A stretch of DNA of 64,000 nucleotides from an uncultured virus (IMG/VR IMGVR_UViG_3300035135_002062). Lineage: Duplodnaviria; Heunggongvirae; Uroviricota; Caudoviricetes. The position numbers were made by a program, and so were the translations under genes. Of the stretch, positions 21,488 through 32,174 are shown piece by piece. Numbering within the stretch: position 1 is the first letter of the stretch; each line of letters starts with the position of its first letter. The stretch lies in IMG/VR virus record IMGVR_UViG_3300035135_002062. One strand, given 5' to 3'. The notes beneath the pieces were generated by a model. The model saw nothing but the letters and a program-made list of their open reading frames with translations, had not been told where the DNA came from and ran no database searches.

Positions 21488-24400
21488 TTACTGAATTCTA
21501 AAATATACAACGTCACCATCGACTAATTTTAAGTCTTTCATGAGGTTTTTAGAAAGTGTAAGTCCAAAATATTCTGAATTACCTGTTTCTGAACTTTTAA
21601 TTACTCTTTCACCCGAATCTACAGGACCGTTTACATATCTTGCTCCATTATCACTATTTAATTGTGAATCCGCCGTCACTGTCTTATTTAGTTTCTTTAA
21701 TGGATTAAAGAATTGTGTGTTCGAATTTGTCATCAAATAGTCTGTGGTTTTTACCACACTAAAGTCTATTGGTGTGGAATAGAAATATTTGTTACTATTT
21801 TTTATTTCTCCCCATTTTAATTGGTTTGGTTTAACACTTATACTGTCACTCAACTTCGTTGGTAGAGACATTACTATGTCGTCAGATAACGGTGCGATGT
21901 TACCACCCATCTTAATGACTCTTGATCTATACCATATTTGACCTTGATATTTCACTTTTTGTACACCAATCACACCATTGTGTCCATTATATGGTAAACC
22001 TTGTTCAGTAACACCCACCTCATCAATTAATTCTTCACCAGGTATTTTGTATTCCTCAGGTCCTCTATCGGTTATAAACCCACCCCTTACAATTTCTTCT
22101 GTTGTTGTTGTACCCACACCACTGTTTCTTGCAGTAGCCGCGTTCATGATTTTATCAAACAACACTCTATAGGTTGCAGTAAAGGATTCTTTAGGGTCAG
22201 GTAAAGAGTCTTTTGGTATTCTAACACCACGAAAACTCGTCATTACTTGATTATTTTGAATATTGTGGCTCACTTCCATAATCCAATATGCACCCTCAAA
22301 CATTGGTACATTCTTAAGTTGGAAGTACATTGTTGGTTGGATCATTACGTTACCCATCGCCTGTACTTCACAGGTATATGATCTTGCCCTATAAATGTCA
22401 TATAACCCAACATCAACCTGTGATGCTCCTGAACCCGCTTCTGATCTTGCTAATCTTTCTATCGCTAAGTTACTTTCGAATGTATTTCTAAATTGACTTT
22501 GATCTAAACCGATACCTTTAAAAATTGCTTGGTTTTGATCACCGAAACTTACCTCAAAGGCAACGACCTTATTAGACTTAGATAAGTTCTCCGTTTCAAA
22601 ATATCTTGGGTTTGTAACTAATAAAGGATTAGATACCACATCATCCATATTAAACCCATCGTTTAGGTACTTATATTCTTTTTCTATCGAACTTAAGTTT
22701 AGATGTTTGGATGTATGTCCAATATATTGAAGTAACATTTTTGGTGTAGAGTATTCTAAATCAACATCCAAGAACTTACCAAAAAGAGTATCTGCGATTG
22801 TGTTTGATGGTTTTACTTTAGTACTTGTAGAATCATTACCATAAAAATTCACATACGCGGGTAACGCCCTTAAATCGACGTTTGTCCTTGCAAGTAGTAG
22901 AGATATCACACCGTATAGTTCGAGTGATTGATTTTTATAATCTCCTAATCCAATTAGTCTTTTCAGATCCATGAAGAATACATCTCCAATATCTCTATTC
23001 GCCTTATCTAAAAATAAAAACTCCTCTAATAATAATCTTTGTCCAATAGAATTACCTGAAGTCCATCTATCGTTAAACATTTTGAGGTTATTGTATGTCT
23101 CTAATTTTAGTGGGTCATCATTGAAACCACCCTTAACTCTTAAATTATTGTTTTGGTCTTTGACTCTTTTGAGTGTGGGGAATCTTCTTATTAATATTCT
23201 TAGGAAGTGTGCTTGTCTACTTTGACTTGGTCCGTTGATATTTGTTGCAACGTATGTTGCGAAATCGTTTCTATTCGCGGATCCACCTGATTTTCTGTAA
23301 CCACCATATATTAATATTAGTGGTCTAAATTGTATAACATTTGATTCTGATAATTCGATATTACTTACACTGAAGAACTCACTATAATAGTTATCGATAT
23401 CTTCACCCACATATAACTCAATAAATTTCGAATTATTTGTTAGTTGGGATGCATCATATGTTCCATATACAAATCTATCTGTATCACCCACATATCCAAA
23501 TGTTATATTAGGATCTAATTCTCTCGGGTTTGAAATTGTTACCTTTAATAAGTTTCTACTGTTTAAGATGTCAGTTGTAATTCTTTTGAATTTTTCTGTT
23601 TGTCTTGTTTTGAGTTTACTTATTAATGAACTAATCTTATCACTACTTAGATCATCAGTATCTTTCTTCTCAACACTTACCAATTCTTTTAGTAAATCTT
23701 GGAAATTATCATATACTAAATTTGGGTATTGTTTATAGTTCTCATATGAACTTACTCTTTGACTTGCAAAGTTTAAAAATATGTCCTCAAACTCGTCTAA
23801 TATAAGTGGATTGAATGTTGCAATTAAATCAATTACTTTTTTATTATTAGAACCCATCTCTTCGAAGTATTGATTGTATGTGGGTCTTGTTTTACCTGTT
23901 ACTACAAATTCTGTTTGATCGTTTTCCCAATAGGATCTAAAATTAAATTGTTCCGAATCATTAAATGTTAAATACGTTGTTCTTGGATCTGAACCACCAT
24001 GAGAAGGTAAGAGAGTGAATCTCTTATCCGCGAAAGTGAATCTACTATTATCCACAAAAGACGTATAGTAATTTACATTACCTGATGTTATGTCATCCCT
24101 ATATAAAACTAAGTTTGTAATTGCGGATTCATAACTCGTTGGTGTTCCATCAAAATGGGTATAGTCATTTACTATCTGATGGAAGTATTGTTCGTATAAT
24201 GGATGAACCCCAACATGTGTTTGTGAACTATGTGTTATACCTGAAAAAGTTTGTCCTTGTCCATTATCAAAATATGTCGAACCGTTTATTGAGGTTTCCA
24301 TTCCATTTATAATATCGGTACCGTCTGAAATGAAAGTTTTATACCTATGGTACATGGATCCCCACTTCAGTATTAAATGGTATGGTACATAATGTGTCGC

Positions 24401-27094
24401 ACTAACTTCTCTAAATAGATTTGACATTCTAACACCACCTTCATTTAAAGTGTCGTGTAAGTCATGGAATGGTAATGAATTTAATAAAAGATATGCCGAC
24501 CCTTTGTACTTACCTTTACTTCTATCATTTTGAAATTCCTCATTTAATAATTTATGGAAATAAGGTGTGTTTAGTATATTGATTTTATTCGTACCATCTA
24601 TATCAAATTTCCTTGAAAATAGGTTAGTCGTATATCCACTGTTCACCCAATTTGTAGAATCCATAGGTGTTACAATAAAACCGTTTGTCGTATCTATACT
24701 TAAATAATCATCTAACGATAAATCATTTTTGGTTAACTCGGTCTTGTTTATATATCCTAAGTAGGTATCTGAATTAAATGGGTATATCTTAGTTCTATAA
24801 TCTTCACTTCTATATGTTTTAAGTTCACCCACTAATTTTGGATAAAGACCACTAGTTTGTACTCTTTCTGTATCTCCTACGTTACTTTCAATTTTAAAAG
24901 GTACCGCATCAATATCTTTAATATATGGTGTGGTAGGTAATCTGTCTTTGTAATAAGGGTATCTCTCGAAAGGTGAAAAAGATTCTAAGTACTCTAATAA
25001 TTTAGAGTTACTATTTACTCTGTCTTTGAGTATGTCAACAATAAAGAAATCTTCTTCTATTGAATTCTGTAAATTATTGAATTCAAGTATCGCAAGTTCC
25101 GTCAGTACATCAGTACTAAATGTATCATATAATGTGAAAAATTGACTTCTTTCATAAACTTCATAAAGTATTGATGGGAGGTTCTTATCAATATACGGAG
25201 GTGTTTTGAATATTGTACCTGCGGTCGATATCTTATTTGTGATCTTTTCATCCGCATTTGTGTCTGCGAAGGTAAACGTTACATTATCAAAGGTTTTTTC
25301 TTTTTCTGCCAACGTGTCATTTATCTTCATGGAGGTTCTAATATATTCCTCAACAAAACCTACTTCGGGCCATAAAGAATAATCATCACTTCCAAGTTTA
25401 CCTATAAGTTCTTCTTCACCAGGGTACGCTAAAACTTTAGAGTTTCCATCGGTTTCCTTTTTAACTTCTGGCCACGGATATATTGCGTCCTCTTGTGGTG
25501 TTTCACTTGAATTAAAACCTCTTAAACGTTTCTTCCTTTCTTCTCTTTGATTGTATGCTTGGTAGTGTACATCTCTCATCAACCTAATATAGACATCCGC
25601 ATTTGCAAGTATTACCGCAAAAATGTTTCGTATAGTAGGTTTAAATCCAATACCTCTTGAAGGATCAGAAATAATCTTATTCATTTCTTCTTCAACCTTA
25701 TCTTGAAACTTTTTCTTTTCTTCTAAGAATGATTTATTAATGTTTAGTATGTCGGTCAATAGTTTATTAATCGATATACCGTACTTACCACCGAATTGAT
25801 CAATATAACTATCAAGGTCTTGTATAGGGTTGTTTGTGTTAATTGTAAGAGTACTCCTTTTAAAGGTTACGTCCTTCCTTAACATTTCTCTTGTAAAACT
25901 TTGTCCCTTATTTATTTTTTCAATACCAACCTTAATAATTTGTTCTAAGGTCCCACTCTTCGTTCCTTTCGTGTTTTCTAACTTGTTATCTTCTGTTTTT
26001 ATGAGATAATAATATCTTGTTGTTTCCTCTACATTGTTAGTGTTTCCTGTAATTTCAAAATAATCCCCCGCTAAGTACCTTCCTTTCCACGATTTAACAG
26101 AATTATAAAGGTTATTTATATTGTCCTCGAATTCTTTAATTGCCGCAAAAACTCTCATATCTACAACCTCAGCGAAAATCTCATTCTCAAGTAGTTGATC
26201 TAATCTTTTAGCAATAACAATTAATTCTCGTAGAGTCGGATTAACGTCAGGTGGGAAATCAATTAAGTTTTTTCTCCTTAGTTCTTGGTAGATTGATTTA
26301 AGTGTTAGATATCCTTTTGATGTTTTAGCGAGTTTTATTTGATACTCCCCTGTCTTTTCATTTAAACCATTTTGTTCTGTCTTTTCTATACCATACATGT
26401 ATGGTGCGTTCAAAATACCTGTTAAAGGTATATCATTCAGATATGCGTATGTTGAACCGACGAATGTTGTACTGATAACAAAGTTACCATTTTGGTCATC
26501 GTATCTTGCATTAAAATCTGTAAGGTGTAATCGGTACCTTATCGCCTTTCCATAGTATCCCTTTACTGTTAAATAAAATATTGGCCATGGTAAATGGAAA
26601 AATGCTTGGTATGGGGAATTTTTATTGTGTTCGAATAACCCTTTACCCCTCACGTCGATAAATTCTATTGAAACTCGTGGGATAAAGTTGGTACCTTTCA
26701 CTTCTATTGATACCGAACTCATACCAAAGGATTGTCCTGAACTATCAGTTACTTGTTCTTTTACATTGATGTCTTCAGTATTTGGGTCCATCCTTGAAGG
26801 ATTAAACAATTCTGTCCAACCTGTATCAAGGTATTCTCCCTTTTTATTCTGTAACAAGTTTATTGTACCCTTCGCAATACTTGTTAGACTACTTTTGTTT
26901 CCCGAAGAATTTAAAATAGTTCTTGGTATTAGATCCGCCTCAAGATTTACGTATGAAACCAAGTTTTCTGCATTAGTGGCTCTTGGTTGTACGACACCAT
27001 CTTCAAGTATACTGTTTGGATCGATATAGATTAGGTTATTCTGATCGACCTTTACGAGTATGTTTTCGTTTTTTGATAAATCATTGTTCGCCAT
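21488..27094 (-). CDS. Very large baseplate hub-like structural protein (1868 aa)
   Basis: SYTCEVQAMGNVMIQPTMYFQL...GAYWIMEVSHNI...TSFRGVR resembles the gp27/GpD hub C-terminus; follows the gp53-like gene. Confidence 0.6.
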   Translation of the reverse strand: MANNDLSKNENILVKVDQNNLIYIDPNSILEDGVVQPRATNAENLVSYVNLEADLIPRTILNSSGNKSSLTSIAKGTINLLQNKKGEYLDTGWTELFNPSRMDPNTEDINVKEQVTDSSGQSFGMSSVSIEVKGTNFIPRVSIEFIDVRGKGLFEHNKNSPYQAFFHLPWPIFYLTVKGYYGKAIRYRLHLTDFNARYDDQNGNFVISTTFVGSTYAYLNDIPLTGILNAPYMYGIEKTEQNGLNEKTGEYQIKLAKTSKGYLTLKSIYQELRRKNLIDFPPDVNPTLRELIVIAKRLDQLLENEIFAEVVDMRVFAAIKEFEDNINNLYNSVKSWKGRYLAGDYFEITGNTNNVEETTRYYYLIKTEDNKLENTKGTKSGTLEQIIKVGIEKINKGQSFTREMLRKDVTFKRSTLTINTNNPIQDLDSYIDQFGGKYGISINKLLTDILNINKSFLEEKKKFQDKVEEEMNKIISDPSRGIGFKPTIRNIFAVILANADVYIRLMRDVHYQAYNQREERKKRLRGFNSSETPQEDAIYPWPEVKKETDGNSKVLAYPGEEELIGKLGSDDYSLWPEVGFVEEYIRTSMKINDTLAEKEKTFDNVTFTFADTNADEKITNKISTAGTIFKTPPYIDKNLPSILYEVYERSQFFTLYDTFSTDVLTELAILEFNNLQNSIEEDFFIVDILKDRVNSNSKLLEYLESFSPFERYPYYKDRLPTTPYIKDIDAVPFKIESNVGDTERVQTSGLYPKLVGELKTYRSEDYRTKIYPFNSDTYLGYINKTELTKNDLSLDDYLSIDTTNGFIVTPMDSTNWVNSGYTTNLFSRKFDIDGTNKINILNTPYFHKLLNEEFQNDRSKGKYKGSAYLLLNSLPFHDLHDTLNEGGVRMSNLFREVSATHYVPYHLILKWGSMYHRYKTFISDGTDIINGMETSINGSTYFDNGQGQTFSGITHSSQTHVGVHPLYEQYFHQIVNDYTHFDGTPTSYESAITNLVLYRDDITSGNVNYYTSFVDNSRFTFADKRFTLLPSHGGSDPRTTYLTFNDSEQFNFRSYWENDQTEFVVTGKTRPTYNQYFEEMGSNNKKVIDLIATFNPLILDEFEDIFLNFASQRVSSYENYKQYPNLVYDNFQDLLKELVSVEKKDTDDLSSDKISSLISKLKTRQTEKFKRITTDILNSRNLLKVTISNPRELDPNITFGYVGDTDRFVYGTYDASQLTNNSKFIELYVGEDIDNYYSEFFSVSNIELSESNVIQFRPLILIYGGYRKSGGSANRNDFATYVATNINGPSQSRQAHFLRILIRRFPTLKRVKDQNNNLRVKGGFNDDPLKLETYNNLKMFNDRWTSGNSIGQRLLLEEFLFLDKANRDIGDVFFMDLKRLIGLGDYKNQSLELYGVISLLLARTNVDLRALPAYVNFYGNDSTSTKVKPSNTIADTLFGKFLDVDLEYSTPKMLLQYIGHTSKHLNLSSIEKEYKYLNDGFNMDDVVSNPLLVTNPRYFETENLSKSNKVVAFEVSFGDQNQAIFKGIGLDQSQFRNTFESNLAIERLARSEAGSGASQVDVGLYDIYRARSYTCEVQAMGNVMIQPTMYFQLKNVPMFEGAYWIMEVSHNIQNNQVMTSFRGVRIPKDSLPDPKESFTATYRVLFDKIMNAATARNSGVGTTTTEEIVRGGFITDRGPEEYKIPGEELIDEVGVTEQGLPYNGHNGVIGVQKVKYQGQIWYRSRVIKMGGNIAPLSDDIVMSLPTKLSDSISVKPNQLKWGEIKNSNKYFYSTPIDFSVVKTTDYLMTNSNTQFFNPLKKLNKTVTADSQLNSDNGARYVNGPVDSGERVIKSSETGNSEYFGLTLSKNLMKDLKLVDGDVVYFRIQ

Positions 27095-27404
27095 AATACA
27101 AGTTGTACAATTCTACCGCCCTTTTATATTCTTGAAGAGTATTGACTAAAGGAAAGGGTATTCTAAGTGTAAAATTGTTTGGAATCTCAAATTCAATACT
27201 ACCCGCGGTTGGGTTTGCTTGTAAAATCAACCAACCAAAAACAGGTGTGTTGTAGTATTCTTGGGATAACTTATCCAACCTATCTTTACCCTTTTTGTAT
27301 TGTATATACTTGTCGGTCGACCTTATTGGAATCTCGATACCAGGTACAATCTTAAATTCACCATTGTCTTCAAAGAACTCATATCTGTTAAAATACTCTC
27401 TCAT
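27081..27404 (-). CDS. LysM-like baseplate protein (T4 gp53/P2 gpX-like)
   Basis: DRLDKLSQEYY...WLILQANP...LRIP. Confidence 0.8.
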   Translation of the reverse strand: MREYFNRYEFFEDNGEFKIVPGIEIPIRSTDKYIQYKKGKDRLDKLSQEYYNTPVFGWLILQANPTAGSIEFEIPNNFTLRIPFPLVNTLQEYKRAVELYNLYYGEQ

Positions 27405-30400
27405 TACGGTCTATAATAATTTAAGGTTGATCCGAGACCAATTTTCTTAGAGTGGACTCTTTCTAAGTCCGCCATCTGTGTTGGGTTCGTTATGTCTTGT
27501 TCAGACTGTATTGTAAAGGTTAAAGAGTCCTCATTCTTTCTTCCTTTAAATCTTGATGTTCTAACTTTTTCTTCTTTGGTTTTGTCAAAGAATCTATCAA
27601 CTTTTCTTTCAATCTTATTCAAAATATTCTGTGGATACAATATACTGTCTTCCTTATAGATGTCAATTATCTCTTTGTATTTATCATCTTTATATAATAA
27701 TACAGATAATAATTCACTTAATACAGTGATATCCACATTCAATGAATTGAAGTTTATTGTGTTATCTAGTTTTGAAATAAACCTATCACTATTTTTGTCG
27801 AAATAGTCTATACAATGATCATACTCATCGTATAATGATGAATATGTGAATCCTGATAAGTCCGCTTGTGTACCGTTACCACTATTTAATTTACCGTCAC
27901 TATAGTATTGTGTCATGTAATTTAGACTATCTAAAGTTTTAATAACCTTATTTCGTGATTCTGATAAAGAAGTTAGTGAATTGTTACTCAAAATACTATC
28001 TAATTTATCTTCAACCATTTTTCTTAGTTTTGGTCTCAAGATATCATTAGACTTTACAATTTTATCTTGGGATAAAAATTTGTGGAACGATAACATTGTT
28101 GATACATCTAAAGTTTCAATGGCAGAAACCATCTTAACTTTTAATTGTGTCACATAATTGTCAAGACTTTTTACTTTATCGTACTCCCCAAATAAATTAA
28201 TTGTTCTTGTGCCTGTATTGGATGTCATAACAGTATAGGTATTGACCGTTCTATAGTTTGGTGAAAATACTAAGGAATGAACTTGTGGTCCATATTCAAC
28301 TAAGACATTATCATATGATTGTACGAACTTATTATAATAACTTTCCGTATCCGTGAATAATGTACTAACTAATTGACCGTAACTTATTTCAGTATCACTT
28401 TGTTCCCCAATAAACTTACCTTGGATTTGATTATCCGCAGGTTCTATATCTGTTGGTAATGGAGCATCTCCCGTAGTCGATCCTACACCTTGTAAACTTT
28501 CTAAAAATTCTTTTGTAAACTCTTCAGTCGTTTTACCATCAATGTTAGATGTCGAAACAGATCGTGGGTCATACATCTCTGTATTTGCAAAGAAGTTAGA
28601 TGATAAAGCGTTTTGTAGTCTTTCCACGGGTTTTGATAAACCTTGACCCCCAATAAAATTAACTTGGAGTGTCACATTGGCCAACATAGGTTGTACACCA
28701 ATACCTTCAGGGTTTAAATCCCATGTACTTTCGTCATAATTTATATTGACATCACGTATAACAACTTTTGAATGGTAGAAATCACCGATCCTTACCACAC
28801 AAATAGGTGGTGGACCAAAACTTGTATTTCTTGCTCTTAGGTCATTTTCCGATTGTAATCCTTTAATTGGTATTGTATCCCCTGGTCTAACACACTGTAG
28901 TAAAAAGTTTAATCTCGCATTTAAACCTTCAGGTGTCATTGAATGAAACGCAGGATGGAAATATTTTAATTTTTCTTTTAAACTTTTGAATGTTACAGGT
29001 GAGTCTTCCTCTAACATTTTAAAATAATAACACTCAGACAAAGTCTTCATTATTATTTTCTTCATTTCATTGATTGGTGGTTTCTGAATACCTGGTACTG
29101 TAACCTCTTCGTCTTTGATTACAAAAGGTGGTTGTTGATCAGGATCGATTGGTTCAGGTACTTTGTCCACTGGTTTTACTGTAAAGTCAATAGTTCCTTG
29201 TCTACAATAAAAAGTGACAGGTGCCGTCTTTTTAAGGTTTGTGTTGGATTGTATTTCGTCGTTGTGACAATCTACGTTAGTATCACCACCACCAAATTCA
29301 GATGCGTCTACTGACGTGGTTTCACCTTCTGATGTGGACTCAATAATTAATTTACCTTCAACGTCTTCAAAACCTAGCTCTTTGAAAGTGTACTCTCTAT
29401 TGATATCGATTTCCTCTGATCCTGAAGTGGGTACTGTTGATGTCCATTCAATTTCTTTGTTATTTTTAGATATTCTTTTTACAACATCCTTAAGTATACT
29501 GTGAGATCTTCTTAAAGATAGTTTGATGTTGTAGTCATCCCCCGCAATGGAAGAAGTACTTGTTATTGCGGTTAGTTTGACTTCTTTTATTTCTTTGTTT
29601 TCTATTCTTGTCTTTATACTCGTTATTTGATCTTCATATGCGGAGTAATTTGAATTTAGTTTAGTAAACGCGGATGTAATTTTATTTTTTATTAAATCGA
29701 TTTTTGTTGAGTCTATTACTTGGTCTTCATTACCAAAAATGACTCTTTTATCGTTTTTAACTGCCGACGTTATATTACTATTTGATAATAATATTAGACC
29801 GTTTTCAAGTTTTTGCATATAATCTCCTGTACCACCACCGTACATTGTGTCATACATAGATTTTACTGTCGAGTAGTCATCTTTAGCGGATACTTGATTA
29901 GACCCCATCTTCGGAATGTCGTTAGGGAAAAACAAAGTTACTTTAAATTCTTCGGCTGTTTGTTCAATTGGTTCTTGTTCAATCGGTTCTATATCCTCCG
30001 CTTCACCTTGTTCTACCTTAATCTTTTTGATTACTTCGGGATCTGTACCCGCTTCTAAATATTTTTTAATGTTATTAATATCTTCATTAGTGAGTGTTGT
30101 ATATGTTCTAATAAGACTATAGAAATCAATTTCCTCACATCCTGCGAAGAAAGCGTTTATGTAGTTATCCGCTTCTTCATCTGACATATCTTTAAAGACC
30201 TTACTTACCATAAGATTTAGAATACTTGGGTGGTCAACAATTACTTTGAATTGTATTTGTCCCGATCTCTCTGTATTTTGATATGTGTAGATTGGTTCAG
30301 GTCTTCCTAAGAAGTTATTACTTTCCCATCTTGCATTGTTTTGTTCTGAAACTTTTAAATCATATGGCGGAAACCACATTACTCTACCACCATTATTACC

Positions 30401-32110
30401 TCTTTCACAGAAAGGTAAGTCACTGTATGTGAAACCAGGTAGATTAGATGTTTTCCACGCCAAATTTTCTATGGAGAACATATATTTTTTTGCGTAGTAA
30501 CCATCACCACCTTTTACAATGTTAGACGAACCTTCGAAACTTCCTTGTCCGTTTGACATTGGTCCGTAGTTTAAGTTCCATGGTGTTGTCATTACACTAT
30601 CATCAAACTTTCTTACGTTACCTGTCCTCTTCATGGTATCAGACATATTCATATATGGATTGTCTTTAGTCCACACTCTACAATATTCAACACCACTTTC
30701 ACCACCAAACTTATCTACATATTGTATTGCGGAACCTCTTGATATCATTTTGTCTCCTTCTCTGAAAATTCTACTTGTTTGGTCAATCGCATTTGCGACG
30801 TGTGATCTTGCCGCCCCTCCATCAGAAGGCATTGTATTTAAAAGTTCTTGTGTTTTACCTAATATAGAATCAGATCTAAATGAATATGTGTTTGATAAAC
30901 TTTGTTCTAATTGTGATCTTTCTAAATTATACTCATCATTGTTCTCACCTAATTTATTTTGTGAGTTACTACTATACCATGTTAAGTTACCACCAATTGG
31001 TCCTCCTTCAGGGATACCAACCTGTCTCCTAAATAATTCTGTTTGTACTTGATCAAACATTAAACTTAGATAGTAACTACTTCTGACAATATTATCATTG
31101 AAGTCGCCCATAGCATATTTAACATCTTCTCCTCTATCATCCCCAATATATGCAAGTCCTCTTGGTGCACCTGTACCTAAGACATCGTTTATTGCATCCC
31201 CAACTTGGTTTACGAAGTTGAAGAGTTTTGACGATTGTTGTGATCTTGCGGTTTTTGTATAGTTTGGTGCATATGTAGAATATCTAAGGTTATCAAATAG
31301 AACATCTTTCTGTCCACTACCCATATATTCAATCATCAGGTCAGATGGTTTTCTACTTAGTTTTGGTCTTCTTTGTATACCAATTAAAGAACCTAAAACA
31401 CCTGTAACATCTTGTATGATTGCACCTAAACCTGTTTGTGGTTCGGGTCTGTTGTTAATTGGGTTTCTTGGGTCAGTTAAATAATCACCTGGTATTTCAC
31501 TCCAAGGGAATTCAACTCCCGCTACCGTTTGTATAAAGTCTATCGCCTTACCCGCCAATGTTTTAGCGACGGTAATCTTATAATTTTTTTCTATTAAGTC
31601 TTCTCTACCTGTAACAATATTAGTTGCGGTTGCAAGGTTTCCTTCTAATGCATCGATTAATCTTACTCTACCATACGTCGCGGCAACTAAATTTTGAGTT
31701 ATTCTTGCCAGTACAGGTCCTTGTGAGTTTTCCCTGATATTACGTGCCGCAAATTGCATCAAACGTGATTCATTATCATAGTTCTCAGTCGCCATGATAC
31801 CAACTAAACTATAATCTGAATTTGTGAAATAGGGATAAAGACCGTCGTTGGTTAGACGTGGTATGTCTCTTAGTTGATTGACTTCATCATATGCATCAAC
31901 CGTAAATGTGTTTCTTGTTGAAGGTGTTTGAAGTAGAGTAGTTAAATTTGTATCAACCTCACCTGGGTCAGTATTTGCAAAATCATTTAGTGTTTCAACT
32001 GCATAAGAGGAATTAGTAAATGTTTGAGGACCATTTGGTTGTTGTAGGGTCCTCGCTAAAATACTATCTCTGAATTGAGCGGTTGAATCAAAATCTAAAT
32101 AACTCGGCAT
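27404..32110 (-). CDS. Large tail tube initiator/baseplate protein with an inserted OmpA-like segment (1568 aa)
   Basis: LGRPEPIYTYQNTERS and PPICVVRIGDFY tube-initiator motifs; YNIKLSLRRSHSI; lies between the tape measure and LysM genes. Confidence 0.6.
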   Translation of the reverse strand: MPSYLDFDSTAQFRDSILARTLQQPNGPQTFTNSSYAVETLNDFANTDPGEVDTNLTTLLQTPSTRNTFTVDAYDEVNQLRDIPRLTNDGLYPYFTNSDYSLVGIMATENYDNESRLMQFAARNIRENSQGPVLARITQNLVAATYGRVRLIDALEGNLATATNIVTGREDLIEKNYKITVAKTLAGKAIDFIQTVAGVEFPWSEIPGDYLTDPRNPINNRPEPQTGLGAIIQDVTGVLGSLIGIQRRPKLSRKPSDLMIEYMGSGQKDVLFDNLRYSTYAPNYTKTARSQQSSKLFNFVNQVGDAINDVLGTGAPRGLAYIGDDRGEDVKYAMGDFNDNIVRSSYYLSLMFDQVQTELFRRQVGIPEGGPIGGNLTWYSSNSQNKLGENNDEYNLERSQLEQSLSNTYSFRSDSILGKTQELLNTMPSDGGAARSHVANAIDQTSRIFREGDKMISRGSAIQYVDKFGGESGVEYCRVWTKDNPYMNMSDTMKRTGNVRKFDDSVMTTPWNLNYGPMSNGQGSFEGSSNIVKGGDGYYAKKYMFSIENLAWKTSNLPGFTYSDLPFCERGNNGGRVMWFPPYDLKVSEQNNARWESNNFLGRPEPIYTYQNTERSGQIQFKVIVDHPSILNLMVSKVFKDMSDEEADNYINAFFAGCEEIDFYSLIRTYTTLTNEDINNIKKYLEAGTDPEVIKKIKVEQGEAEDIEPIEQEPIEQTAEEFKVTLFFPNDIPKMGSNQVSAKDDYSTVKSMYDTMYGGGTGDYMQKLENGLILLSNSNITSAVKNDKRVIFGNEDQVIDSTKIDLIKNKITSAFTKLNSNYSAYEDQITSIKTRIENKEIKEVKLTAITSTSSIAGDDYNIKLSLRRSHSILKDVVKRISKNNKEIEWTSTVPTSGSEEIDINREYTFKELGFEDVEGKLIIESTSEGETTSVDASEFGGGDTNVDCHNDEIQSNTNLKKTAPVTFYCRQGTIDFTVKPVDKVPEPIDPDQQPPFVIKDEEVTVPGIQKPPINEMKKIIMKTLSECYYFKMLEEDSPVTFKSLKEKLKYFHPAFHSMTPEGLNARLNFLLQCVRPGDTIPIKGLQSENDLRARNTSFGPPPICVVRIGDFYHSKVVIRDVNINYDESTWDLNPEGIGVQPMLANVTLQVNFIGGQGLSKPVERLQNALSSNFFANTEMYDPRSVSTSNIDGKTTEEFTKEFLESLQGVGSTTGDAPLPTDIEPADNQIQGKFIGEQSDTEISYGQLVSTLFTDTESYYNKFVQSYDNVLVEYGPQVHSLVFSPNYRTVNTYTVMTSNTGTRTINLFGEYDKVKSLDNYVTQLKVKMVSAIETLDVSTMLSFHKFLSQDKIVKSNDILRPKLRKMVEDKLDSILSNNSLTSLSESRNKVIKTLDSLNYMTQYYSDGKLNSGNGTQADLSGFTYSSLYDEYDHCIDYFDKNSDRFISKLDNTINFNSLNVDITVLSELLSVLLYKDDKYKEIIDIYKEDSILYPQNILNKIERKVDRFFDKTKEEKVRTSRFKGRKNEDSLTFTIQSEQDITNPTQMADLERVHSKKIGLGSTLNYYRP

Positions 32111-32174
32111 ATAACTATCTTTATTAAGATAAATAGATTTAAAACGAAAATATATACTTGATTGGAGTTAAATT

